Below, piece after piece: positions 28,917 through 38,700 of a stretch of 64,000 bases of DNA. Both the position numbers and the translations under genes were made by a program. The DNA is taken from assembly GCA_963663965.2 (NCBI GenBank), contig CAXXFK010000041.1, positions 43,723-107,722 of the forward strand, read 5' to 3'. Every line of letters begins with the position of its first letter. The stretch's first letter is position 1. The notes below the pieces were generated by a model. That model made no database searches, had not been told where the DNA came from, and saw only the letters and a list, made by a program, of their open reading frames with translations. Source of the DNA: Sedimentisphaerales bacterium. GTDB lineage: Bacteria; Planctomycetota; Phycisphaerae; Sedimentisphaerales; SM23-30.

Positions 28917-31385
28917 TTATTGCAGACTGACCAGGACCAGGACCAAGCCTTTGCCTTCAGTGAGGCTGGTCATGGCTTTGCCAAGAATTGCACCGGCTGC
29001 CTGGGAATGATCGGTTACTTTCATGGCATGTCCGGGAGTCGCTGACGTTGTCAATAGATCGCCCGGTTCGACGGGGCCGTTCGACGTGTCCACCAGGCAA
29101 TAGACCCGGCCGGACAATGCCACGGGGTTTGAACCATCGGCGAGGGTATTCCGCTGCCCCATCATCATCCCGGGTTGAATCCCGCCGGCGCCGCTGATGA
29201 TGCCGGCGACTTTATGGTCGTGGGCCTGGTTGCTGACAATGAGTTTGCCGGGACGCTGTGGATCGATACAAACGACCATGCCGGGAAGGATATTGGACTG
29301 GCCGTCGGGGTGACGGATATCGAAATTTTCTGAGAGGTCGGACCCGCCGGTGATTTGCAGGGTGGGGGTGATGACCCGGGCGCCACTGGGGACTTCGACG
29401 CCGCCTTTGGCCCAGACTTTGCCATCATTGTAGACGGCGAATTCATGTTCGCCGCCATCGCCACCGAATCCTTTGATTAAATAGCCAGTACCCAGGTTGC
29501 TGAAAACCGCCGTGGTGTCGGTACTGCCGGCGTTATTATTGATGGCCCACAGAGCCACTCCGCCGGTATGATCCGCTTTAGCGTAAAGTGTTGCGCCATT
29601 GAGGCCGGTACCCGTAGAGGAAGTGAAATTGCCGGCATGGGAACTGCTGGTATTATTGGAAGCATAAAGCGCGTGTGAACTGGCGCTATAACAACGCAAG
29701 CCGTAGCTACTGTTGCTATAAATGTAGGCGCCATAACTGGTGTTACTGTAGCCATATAAACCGTATCCTGAAGCAGAAGTCCCATAGACACCGCTGGCCG
29801 AACTGGTACTGACCCCTTTGACACCGGCATCGGCGGAGGTATTGCTGGCGGATTCGCCATAGACCCCGTTGTTGGAGTGACTTTCACCATATAGGCCATC
29901 CAGCGAATAGGAATATCCGGCTACGCCATAGCCCGTGTCTGATGCGCCGGCGACGCCTATTTTTCCGGTTGGCAGGCTATGGATCTGGGAGCCACTTTGT
30001 CCCATACTGGGGGCGGCTCCCAGGACTCCCATCGTACGATAACTGCCCGGAGTTCCGATAGAACCGCCATACAGGCCTGCCGGGTAATTCCCAAATGAGC
30101 CGTCCGAGGAATTAACCATTGAAATCAGGCCGCCATTGGCGTCGGCGCCGAAATAATCCAGCGGGAACAAAATCTGCTCATCACGAACAGCCTGGGCAGC
30201 GATTTTGCCGGTGGTAACGGCCTCATCGGCCAGATCGACTGAAGTGACCGCGCCATTGATAATCATGGCTGAATTAATGGCATTGGCCTGCCCTTCATTG
30301 ACATAGAGACTGGTCAGGGTTGAGGCGCCTTCGTAAAGGGTTGAGGTGACGCCGCTACGGCCATAATCCTGGCTTGCCATCATGAAACTCCCGGCATGAT
30401 AGCCATCCAGCATGTCGGCATTGAGGTCTTTTTGTATGGTGGTGTTATTTTGCGCGATACTTCCTGATGTATTGCCGAGATAGCCTTCGGCCATTAAGTT
30501 GCCATAAGCGGAGAAGCGGGCGTTATTCAGGGCGCCGCTGGTGATTTGTGCGGCGGAATGTTCGTGGGTGTCAAGGGCAAAGGCTTTGGAGTCCATTCCA
30601 TCCAGGCTATCGGCGTTTTTGGCATTCAGCGCCGTGCCGGCTGAAGCGGCATATTCGATGGTAATGGTATCGGGGACCTGACTGTCATCAATGGCTCCGG
30701 TGATGTCACTAAAGGCATGAGCATGCCTGGAATCGGCGAAATCGGATGCATCTTTGCCATCGAGCAAATCGGCATTTAAGGTCCGTTGGAGAATGCCGTT
30801 GTTGCGGGCGATATCGTCAGCGTTATTGTTCAGCAATCCTTCGGCGATGAGATCAGCCAGGGCGGAAAAGAGATCGGTATTCAGGGTGCCGGAGGTGATC
30901 TGTTCTGCGGCATGGAGGTGGGCGGCCTGGGCGAATTCGCCGGAAGGCAACCCATTCAGGGTTTGCGCATTTAAAGCCGTGCCGGCCAGAGAGCTATAAA
31001 GCGCGTAAGGAACCGGAGTGAGTTCCTGAAGCGGGCTGAGCGGCTGGAAGGCGTTGGGATCAATATTGTCACCCGGCCGGATAGCGATCCGGAGCCAGCG
31101 TTGCTGACCATTAAAGGCAAAACTGCCAAAGTCGAGGCTGGCAGTGAAATAGCCATCGGTAATGGGAATATCTTCGGAAATCTGTTCGTTTGAAATCATG
31201 ACGGCGGAGGCCGGATCGGCCGAGTCAAACAGGGTGAATTTCAGATCATAAGAGCCGCCGGCGGGACTTTCCTGGTCGAACAGGCGGCCCTGGTAGGTAA
31301 ACCGGCCAGTAAGGGCATCGCCGTGAACCGCCAGAGAAAGCCATCCCAGGATCATCAGACAGGTTGATACCATCGTACGTTTCAT
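28917..31385 (-). CDS. Secreted phage-tail-fibre-like protein with C-terminal intramolecular-chaperone (peptidase G2-like) domain
   Basis: AAGGAGA RBS before the ATG at 31385 and a signal peptide. N-terminal FTYQGRL..YDLKFTLFD..VPYA domain, repeated NADxLDG and HxH motifs, GxYGxS repeats, and a C-terminal GGSDLSENF...VALSGRVYC...GDLLTTS..GHAM..ILGKA. Confidence 0.75.
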   Translation of the reverse strand: MKRTMVSTCLMILGWLSLAVHGDALTGRFTYQGRLFDQESPAGGSYDLKFTLFDSADPASAVMISNEQISEDIPITDGYFTASLDFGSFAFNGQQRWLRIAIRPGDNIDPNAFQPLSPLQELTPVPYALYSSLAGTALNAQTLNGLPSGEFAQAAHLHAAEQITSGTLNTDLFSALADLIAEGLLNNNADDIARNNGILQRTLNADLLDGKDASDFADSRHAHAFSDITGAIDDSQVPDTITIEYAASAGTALNAKNADSLDGMDSKAFALDTHEHSAAQITSGALNNARFSAYGNLMAEGYLGNTSGSIAQNNTTIQKDLNADMLDGYHAGSFMMASQDYGRSGVTSTLYEGASTLTSLYVNEGQANAINSAMIINGAVTSVDLADEAVTTGKIAAQAVRDEQILFPLDYFGADANGGLISMVNSSDGSFGNYPAGLYGGSIGTPGSYRTMGVLGAAPSMGQSGSQIHSLPTGKIGVAGASDTGYGVAGYSYSLDGLYGESHSNNGVYGESASNTSADAGVKGVSTSSASGVYGTSASGYGLYGYSNTSYGAYIYSNSSYGLRCYSASSHALYASNNTSSSHAGNFTSSTGTGLNGATLYAKADHTGGVALWAINNNAGSTDTTAVFSNLGTGYLIKGFGGDGGEHEFAVYNDGKVWAKGGVEVPSGARVITPTLQITGGSDLSENFDIRHPDGQSNILPGMVVCIDPQRPGKLIVSNQAHDHKVAGIISGAGGIQPGMMMGQRNTLADGSNPVALSGRVYCLVDTSNGPVEPGDLLTTSATPGHAMKVTDHSQAAGAILGKAMTSLTEGKGLVLVLVSLQ

Positions 31386-31496
31386 GATTTTCTCCTTATA
31401 AGAAATGAGATCCATTCTGATAGAAATTTAATTTCCGACTTAATTGGTCATGATTTAGCATTTATCACTCTACCTTTGCCTTGAGTCGCCATAAGG

Positions 31497-31530
31497 AGAG
31501 TGTCTCGAAAGAAAAATTTTGAGACACTCT
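31497..31530. terminator. Inverted repeat (terminator-like hairpin) upstream of the fibre operon
   Basis: AGAGTGTCTCGAAA-GAAAAA-TTTTGAGACACTCT. Confidence 0.5.
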
Positions 31531-31684
31531 TGATTCACCGTGATTTTTATTAAAGTCGACGATTCACAACGACAATTTTATCATACAGTAAGGCGTCACT
31601 TAATACAAGAGTAAAATTAAAAACGGTGAAAGGCGATAATTGATGGTACGATGGGTAAACCAGGCCCATGCGGTCAGATCGGAT

Positions 31685-32509
31685 TTATTGGATCAGCCGG
31701 CGCAGGGAATGGATGATATCCAATCCGACAGTCAGCGGCAACCCGTCTTCGGTCAATGAGCTTTGACGGGTAATCCCATCCACCGAACCATGGTTTACCA
31801 GATATTGCGCGATTTGTACCGGATCAAACTCTGTCAGCAGGTCCTGGTGGATCAGGCGGCTCATTTCAGCTAAAATGCCATAAACGCCCCAGTTGGAAAC
31901 GCGGGCGATTACCAGTTCATCCACCCGGGTGATCGATGGAATGATATCCAGGTCTTTCAGCCAGGGCAAGACATTGCCCATGCCGATTTCATTGCCGCCA
32001 TCCCCGATGCCGATGGTCGGGCATTGACACCATTCCATGAGGTTATCCAATCGGGCGATGTGATTGGTGATGTCTTCACGGCGCATATTGTAATATTTGC
32101 CATCGGCGGCGATGCCCGGTCTTTCGATCGATATGATTAATGACGGATTCAGTTTATTGAGAAGGGCGCGGGCGATTGCCTGGCTTTCTGTTTGATCGCG
32201 AATGGGAAATTCGCAAGCAGTCCAGTCGTTTTTCAAGACGTGATATAAGGGAGGGGCGCAGACGAAAATCGGGCGATAATTCAATTTTTCGAGCACCTGA
32301 AAAAGCGCGAGGGCTCCAATAGGACCATCGGTTTCATAAGTGCCGGCGACCCAGAAACCGCTTCCGATTAAAACGGTACCCGGGTTATCGATGATCAATT
32401 GAGCGGCGCGCCGGCAATAGCCACGGGGCAGGCCGGACCGGGCTTTTTCGATGCCGCGGCTGGACTGCTTGAGCAGAAGATCTTCAATTGTGACAGTGAT
32501 ATCATCCAT
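31685..32509 (-). CDS. DUF4392 / D-glutamate cyclase-like protein
   Basis: GSGF..ETDGPIGA, ISIERPG..DGKYYNMR, IGIGDGGNEIGMG and VSNWGVYG motifs. Confidence 0.85.
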   Translation of the reverse strand: MDDITVTIEDLLLKQSSRGIEKARSGLPRGYCRRAAQLIIDNPGTVLIGSGFWVAGTYETDGPIGALALFQVLEKLNYRPIFVCAPPLYHVLKNDWTACEFPIRDQTESQAIARALLNKLNPSLIISIERPGIAADGKYYNMRREDITNHIARLDNLMEWCQCPTIGIGDGGNEIGMGNVLPWLKDLDIIPSITRVDELVIARVSNWGVYGILAEMSRLIHQDLLTEFDPVQIAQYLVNHGSVDGITRQSSLTEDGLPLTVGLDIIHSLRRLIQ

Positions 32510-32581
32510 CAGGCGATATAATAACGATTCGAACCAGGAGAAGACAGAAAAATTCCAACCGTTCAGAGAAGATATCTGCGT

Positions 32582-33634
32582 TTAAAAAGGATTGTTATCG
32601 GGTGGCCCCACGCAGTTACACCAGGACAAATGGCCGAGCCACTGGCTTGAAAAGATGGCGGCATCAATGATATTGACTTCGCCATCGTGATTGATGTCTG
32701 CCGGGATCGGCCATTCGCTTAATGACGCGTAAGGGGTGTTGCCATAGGCACCCATGTTAACACGCCCACCATTCGGATCGCGTTCGCGCTGCGGTTTGAG
32801 CTTTGGGTCACCGCCATCGAGGCAGGGGCTGTTTACCGGATCCAGGATCCAGAATCCACGCGTTTCAGTACTGGATTGCGTTACATTGGGATCGGGTAAA
32901 CCGGGCAGATCGTAATCGTTTCGATAGGGTATGAAACGTCCCCGTTCAGAACGCAGGTGGAAATCGCCTGCATTCAGATCGGCGAACAAGGGATTCTGGC
33001 TGATATTGCCGTTGCCATCGATATTGGTATTAAAATGTCTGAAACAACTGAATTGCGCCTTGATGGGGTAATGAAGGTCATCTTTTTCGCAAGCGATATC
33101 GACGCGGTTGTTCCATAGAATCGAATTGGTCATTTCCGGACTGGAACTGCCATAACCGACGATGCCTTCACTATTATTGGCTATGGTCATGTTCAGCAAA
33201 AGCGGCGAACTGTTGATCAGGAGAATAGCCGTTTCGCATTGACGGATAATGAGATTCTGGAATACCAGTTTGTAGTTTTCGGCGGTCTGGCAGGTGATGG
33301 CAATCGTCTGGCCTTCGATAATGGCCGGATCTTCGGCGCTGACAATGGTGAGCGCTTTTCCCAGGGTATTGATGCTTTCCAAATATATGCCCGGCCAGAC
33401 CATAATGATGTCATTGGAATTCGTACGCGCTTTTAGTATAGCGGCCTGGATCGATTTCAGGGCGTGCGCCCGTCCGAGTCCGCTGTTACTATCCAATCCA
33501 TTAACGATGTCAACATGCAGCGTCTGGCTCACCGGACCACTGGTTCCCGGGTTGGTGTTTTGAGAAAGCGCCCATGATCCTATCGCAAAGGATAAGATGA
33601 GGGTTAAAACCAGTATGGAAGGTTTAGTGGACAA
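32582..33634 (-). CDS. Secreted parallel beta-helix (pectin-lyase-like) protein with dockerin-like tail
   Basis: Signal peptide, KSIQAAI..VWPGIYLE..GKALTI, TNSILWNN, GNISQNPLF..GDFHL..SPCLDGG..RVNMGAYGNT and ADINHDGEVNIIDAAIFSSQWL. Confidence 0.82.
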   Translation of the reverse strand: MSTKPSILVLTLILSFAIGSWALSQNTNPGTSGPVSQTLHVDIVNGLDSNSGLGRAHALKSIQAAILKARTNSNDIIMVWPGIYLESINTLGKALTIVSAEDPAIIEGQTIAITCQTAENYKLVFQNLIIRQCETAILLINSSPLLLNMTIANNSEGIVGYGSSSPEMTNSILWNNRVDIACEKDDLHYPIKAQFSCFRHFNTNIDGNGNISQNPLFADLNAGDFHLRSERGRFIPYRNDYDLPGLPDPNVTQSSTETRGFWILDPVNSPCLDGGDPKLKPQRERDPNGGRVNMGAYGNTPYASLSEWPIPADINHDGEVNIIDAAIFSSQWLGHLSWCNCVGPPDNNPF

Positions 33635-35510
33635 GATTTAATCCATTTTGAGTGATCAGGTTCAATAGCCAGAGCTGGTTTTCATTGCCGGCGCCGGAAT
33701 TCTGACGTTGATACGCTTCCGGATTGATAACTATCGGACGCAACCCCGGCTGATAATGATAATTGATCCGGGCTTTTTCCTGAGAATTTAGATAAACGGT
33801 TACGCTTTCCAGGCAGTCATTAAAGATATCGACGTCATATTGTATTGAAACGCCGGTGTAATTATTATCGGTTAAAATAATCCGGGCTTTGCCTTTTTGT
33901 TGCAGATATTGTGTCTGGAACATCATGTTCAGTCTGGCGGCATCGCGCCGGATCGTGTCGAGAGTATGGAGGCCGGTCCAGGGCCGCCCAAATGTGGTTA
34001 AAAAATACCCCGACGACCACGATCTCGACACTCCTTTGCTGGTGATATTCATGATGGCTTTGTGTTCGAGATCGCAAATTTTCACATCTGATCCTATGTT
34101 CAATTCCAGGCTTGGTGAGATATTTTGCAGTTGGCGGTAAACCAGGGGGATTTGCCCATGGCCAGTGACGGATTGGCCGAGAATGTGGCCATCGATAGTA
34201 AAGGTCGTCCAGCCTTGTTTGTGAATTTCATCCCGTTCGTCGACAACCAGGATGGAATCCGGCCAGTTGTAGCGATAATACTCTTCATCGAGGCCACTGG
34301 GGTGCCGGTTGACCTGTACCTCGGGCAGACCGGCGTCTGGCCGGGTTTTGACTCTGAAGAGCAAATCGCGGCCGCCCGGCAAATTCTGGTTAATGGGGTA
34401 TGGTTGGTCTTCAATTCGATTCAGAGCGGTTTGCAGAGTCACTGGATCGCCGGGCAGCCGGATTGTACTGAGGTTTGTATTCCAGTAGTGATAATTTTTA
34501 ATTGTGACAGAATGGCTTTCCGGGTCGTAGCAATAGTTATATTGATCATTTTGCAGCCAGAGTGTAACCGGAGAGTTGCCGGAAGAATTCATCAGACGGG
34601 TCATGACCGGACCGTTGGTGTTTTGGGGATAATAATACCAGGCTTCGTTGATGGAAAGGGCGGCATTCTGATGGTCATATTCCTGACGGGCATAAGAGAG
34701 GTCAGTCACATTGGGATTCGTGTTCTGGATATTCGTTTCAGAAGCGGGATGGTAAAGAGCCGCACCTGCAGTAATTACGCCTGAGGCGGCAACAGTAGCC
34801 AATATGGTTTTTGAGGCCGCATAACCCGCTACCGTAGCGCCAACACCGGCATTCAGCAGATAGGGTGAAATCTGAACCTGGGCCGCGGCGGCGGGATTTC
34901 CGGCTGTCATTTTACCGAAAACGACCAAAGCGGAAAGTAACATTCCTTTTTTCAAGCCATTTCTTGACAGTTCTTTGGCGAGGGCCCGTTTGGCCCGAAC
35001 AAACATCATTCGTGTGGAAAATTCACTGGATCCCATGATCTCGGCAATCTGGGCATATTCCATCTGTTCATAGCAACGCATGCTCAAGACGGCGCGATAG
35101 TTGGCCTTGAGTTTTTTCATGGCTCCCAAGACGATATGTTCCAGTTCGTGAGTGATCAGTTGTTTGAGTCCTTCCTGAGACTGCCGACCGGTGAATGCCT
35201 GTCCAGCAGCGGTAATCAGTTCGCGCTGGCGTTGTTCTTTGCGGAAATGGTGCCTTAATTTGTTGAAGGCGATACCGCGCAGCCAGGGCCAGAACTTGTC
35301 TTTATCCTGTAATTTACCCAGTACCTTAAACATCTCGATAACTGTCTCCTGCACAATGTCTTGCGTCAGGTCATCCTGAAGCGTGATTCGATAAATATAG
35401 GGACGTAATTTTCCCAGAGCATAATTCGCCAATAGCTCACGATCAGCGTCTATGCCCTGTAACACGTTGTCAATCAATAACTTAATGTCTTGAGGTTTGT
35501 TGTTTTCCAT
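33624..35510 (-). CDS. ECF sigma-70 factor with long C-terminal extension
   Basis: Sigma region 2 (QDIVQET, FWPWLRGIAFN) and region 4 (YRAVLSMRCYEQMEYAQIAEIMG..RAKRAL), then a hydrophobic segment and an extension of about 370 aa. Confidence 0.88.
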   Translation of the reverse strand: MENNKPQDIKLLIDNVLQGIDADRELLANYALGKLRPYIYRITLQDDLTQDIVQETVIEMFKVLGKLQDKDKFWPWLRGIAFNKLRHHFRKEQRQRELITAAGQAFTGRQSQEGLKQLITHELEHIVLGAMKKLKANYRAVLSMRCYEQMEYAQIAEIMGSSEFSTRMMFVRAKRALAKELSRNGLKKGMLLSALVVFGKMTAGNPAAAAQVQISPYLLNAGVGATVAGYAASKTILATVAASGVITAGAALYHPASETNIQNTNPNVTDLSYARQEYDHQNAALSINEAWYYYPQNTNGPVMTRLMNSSGNSPVTLWLQNDQYNYCYDPESHSVTIKNYHYWNTNLSTIRLPGDPVTLQTALNRIEDQPYPINQNLPGGRDLLFRVKTRPDAGLPEVQVNRHPSGLDEEYYRYNWPDSILVVDERDEIHKQGWTTFTIDGHILGQSVTGHGQIPLVYRQLQNISPSLELNIGSDVKICDLEHKAIMNITSKGVSRSWSSGYFLTTFGRPWTGLHTLDTIRRDAARLNMMFQTQYLQQKGKARIILTDNNYTGVSIQYDVDIFNDCLESVTVYLNSQEKARINYHYQPGLRPIVINPEAYQRQNSGAGNENQLWLLNLITQNGLNLVH

Positions 35511-35745
35511 TTAGGGCCATTAATGGGGTAAAAGAGGTTGTTTTACCTTAATGTGCCGGATTCTATTTCGATTATAACGCATATTTCCGCTTCAAGTTGA
35601 GATTTTATAGAATTATTCTGGCCTGGAGCCATATAGGAAGCATATTTGATATAACCCTTTGCAGCAGGACAAAAATTAACCTGTCGGTTATAGGAGGCCC
35701 ATATCCAGTATAATTATATAATTATTATAAGGTAACTCATTGTAT

Positions 35746-38700
35746 TTATTGAGGATGTGGAAAATTCTGGTCAGCGAAGTCCATAAAGACTTTCCAGTCT
35801 TCCTCGCCGATATTATGACGGCCGGGACGGATATGGTAACCCATTCGATTACCGATGAGGGTATTTAAAGGGGGCATTTCGCTTTCTTGGAGTTTTGTTC
35901 CCGTGAGCAGTTGATAGACATCGCCAGCGGCTTTCAGGGACAAGAATTCGCCTTCCGGATCGGCCCAGGCATCTTCACGGGCGCTGCAAACCAGAATGGG
36001 GCGGGGGGCGGCCAGGGCAATCAGCCAATGCTGATCGAAAGGGAGGAACTCTTCTTTATCGTTGAATTGTTTGAAGGCACCGCAAAACCAGTGGGGAAAG
36101 CGGTCATTGATTTTTTTAACGGTTTCACCCATTTTGCGTCGATTTAAGGCAGCCCCTCCGCAGCCTGACTGGTTGGAGATAACCAACGCAAAGCGTTCAT
36201 CCAGGGCGCCGGCAAGCAGGGCGGTTTTACCGTTGCGGGAATGGCCCATGACGAAAATGCGTTCCGGATCGATTTGATTATCGGTGATCAGATAGTCAGC
36301 CGCCCGGCTGAGCCCCCAGGCCCAGGCGGCAATTGTGGCCCACTCAAGTGGATTGGGATGAGAGAGGCGGTCAGGATTGTACATGAATTGGATGCCTTCT
36401 GTTGCATCCGCTTTATCGGGGGCAATATCGCTCTGGTAAAATGTTGCCACGGCGTAACCCCGTTCGATGATTTGCGTATAAGGCCAGTTGGAACCGGCCG
36501 AGCCTCTGGATTGGTCGGTGGCCCGGTTGTTGACGACACCGGGTTTGCTATTTTCGATCCAGTTGGCGCTCAGTGGAATCCCGGGATGGTCACAGGTGGT
36601 GTGATTGCCGCTGAAATTCAGACCCAGAAATACAGGGTATTTATCTTTGCCGGTATTGGGAGTGACAATCAGTAAATGCAGTGGTGGGGAGCCCTTGGGA
36701 CCAAAGGTGAGTTTCATTTGTTTGATTGTAGCTTTGCCGTTCAGAAATTCTTTGTCGATCAATTCGCATTCGGCGTTAAGATTTTTTGGAGCCGGCGGGG
36801 CAAAGCCATATTCGTAATTCAGCAGGGTGTCGATCACTTCCTGACGGCGTTTTTGTGTCCATTCCTGAGCGGTTGTGACTGGATTACCATCCTGGAATGT
36901 CAGCAGATCGGGAAGGGTGACGGATGGTTTGAGACTATGGATGTCTGTTAACTGGGAGGCGGGTGCGAATCGGATCGCCAGTCCATCGTTGGCTTTCAGA
37001 TTCACCGGCAAGATGGTCTTATTGGTGACGGTGAGCTTTTCAATACGCACATGGGTGCGGGTTGGCACCTCGGGGTCATGGCGATAGATGGTCGCGAGAT
37101 AGGGTTGATTGGATGGGAGAAAGGTCAGTGGCACATCCCAGTTCCGGTCCTGATCGGCGTTCATGGCTCCGAGGTACCAGTCGTCGTTATCACGCCGGGC
37201 GATAATGGCGTATTCTCCCACGCTGCCCTGTAAAACCCGGGTATCATCCCAGACAGTAGGGATCCGGTCGTAAAATTCCAGTTCGGGTTCATTGCCGATG
37301 ATATTGGCCTGTCCCCCGGCGCCGCCGGCTTTGTGGGGAGATGATTCCGGACGATCGTACCAATAGAGGAATTGCCAGGGGCTGTAAAAGCAGACCGCCT
37401 TGGCGAGTTGATAAGCATGATTCGCGTTAGTGGTCACACGGTTGTCATAATAACAGATAGTGTTGTCGCCGGCACCGGCCAGCATTCTGGTGAAAAGTAT
37501 GGCCAGCGACTGTTGGCAGACGGGTTTCGTTTCATCGCCGGCGATGCCTTCCTGGGTCATTAAGTTGGGGTACGTTCTGGAATAACCGGTTGGGCGATAT
37601 TCATCATGGATATCCACCATCATACGGGCGCCGGCGGCTTTTCGTACGGCTTCGTGCAGCCAACTGGTCCACTGTTGCGAACCCACATTGACAAAACCAT
37701 ATTTCAAACCGGCAACCCCCCATTGCTGATAGAGAGGGAGCAGGTCATCCAGTTGACGTTCGAGCGCGCGATGGTTGACGTAAAGAATGATGCCGATATT
37801 GCGTTCCTTCGCATAACGGATCACTTCAGGCAGGTCCAGCGGGCCTTTGGAACGGGCCGGGTCCACGGTAACGGTGGCGGCATCCGATTCATTGGAGTTT
37901 TCGGGGCCGTACCAACCGGCATCGAATTCCACGAACTGAAGATTATGCTGAACCGCAAAATCCACGCAGGCTTTGCCTCCCTGGGTGGTCAGGGTGACTT
38001 CACGAATGACTTTTCCAGGTCGAATCCAGTCCGTGTCAGTCAGGGCGCAGAGTCGGTTCAAGTTTAATAACAGGTAGTTCTGTTCAAGGAGTTGTCCGGG
38101 TGATTGGGCGATCATGATTACGCGCCAGGGAGTGGTCAGGGGCAATGGCGTATGTACCTGGCTGTCGAGAACGGCGGTGAGGGTGTTGGGGTGATTGGCT
38201 GTCGGCCCCAGTTTCATACGGGCGAAGTCTACCAGTGCGGCTTCGGCCAAAGCGACCGTTAACGAATCATTGATCGGAATTACCAAAGGACGCTCACAGC
38301 CTTTACGGATCGCACTGAGGGGCACTTTTTCATATTTGCCCTGGGCGGTGTAAGTGGCCCAGGCCTGATAATTGTCTAAGAAAGCGAATTGTGTTTTTTC
38401 ATTTTTGATTTTGATTTCTTTAAGACCAGATTGAGCCGGGAACAGGTATTGAAATGCGATGCCCTCGTTATAGGCACGTACCATCAGATGGAACCGGAGG
38501 CCGTCAGCAGCGGTGGGCGCCAGTTCAATATCAAAACCATGGAATTGATTGGGGATGAGATCCCGTTCGCCACAAACAGGTGACCAGGCGTCATGGTTGA
38601 CAAACTCAACGGTCTGGACGATGCGATATTGCTGATCAGGGGCCAGATCCTCGTCCAGTTCAAATCCGAGTTGCGATTCGGCGATGACCGTCCGGCCATG

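Noticed and set aside
27480..31385. Prophage or tailocin remnant
   Set aside because: There are no capsid, sheath, tube, baseplate, integrase or lysis genes, and the fibre-like protein has a signal peptide.
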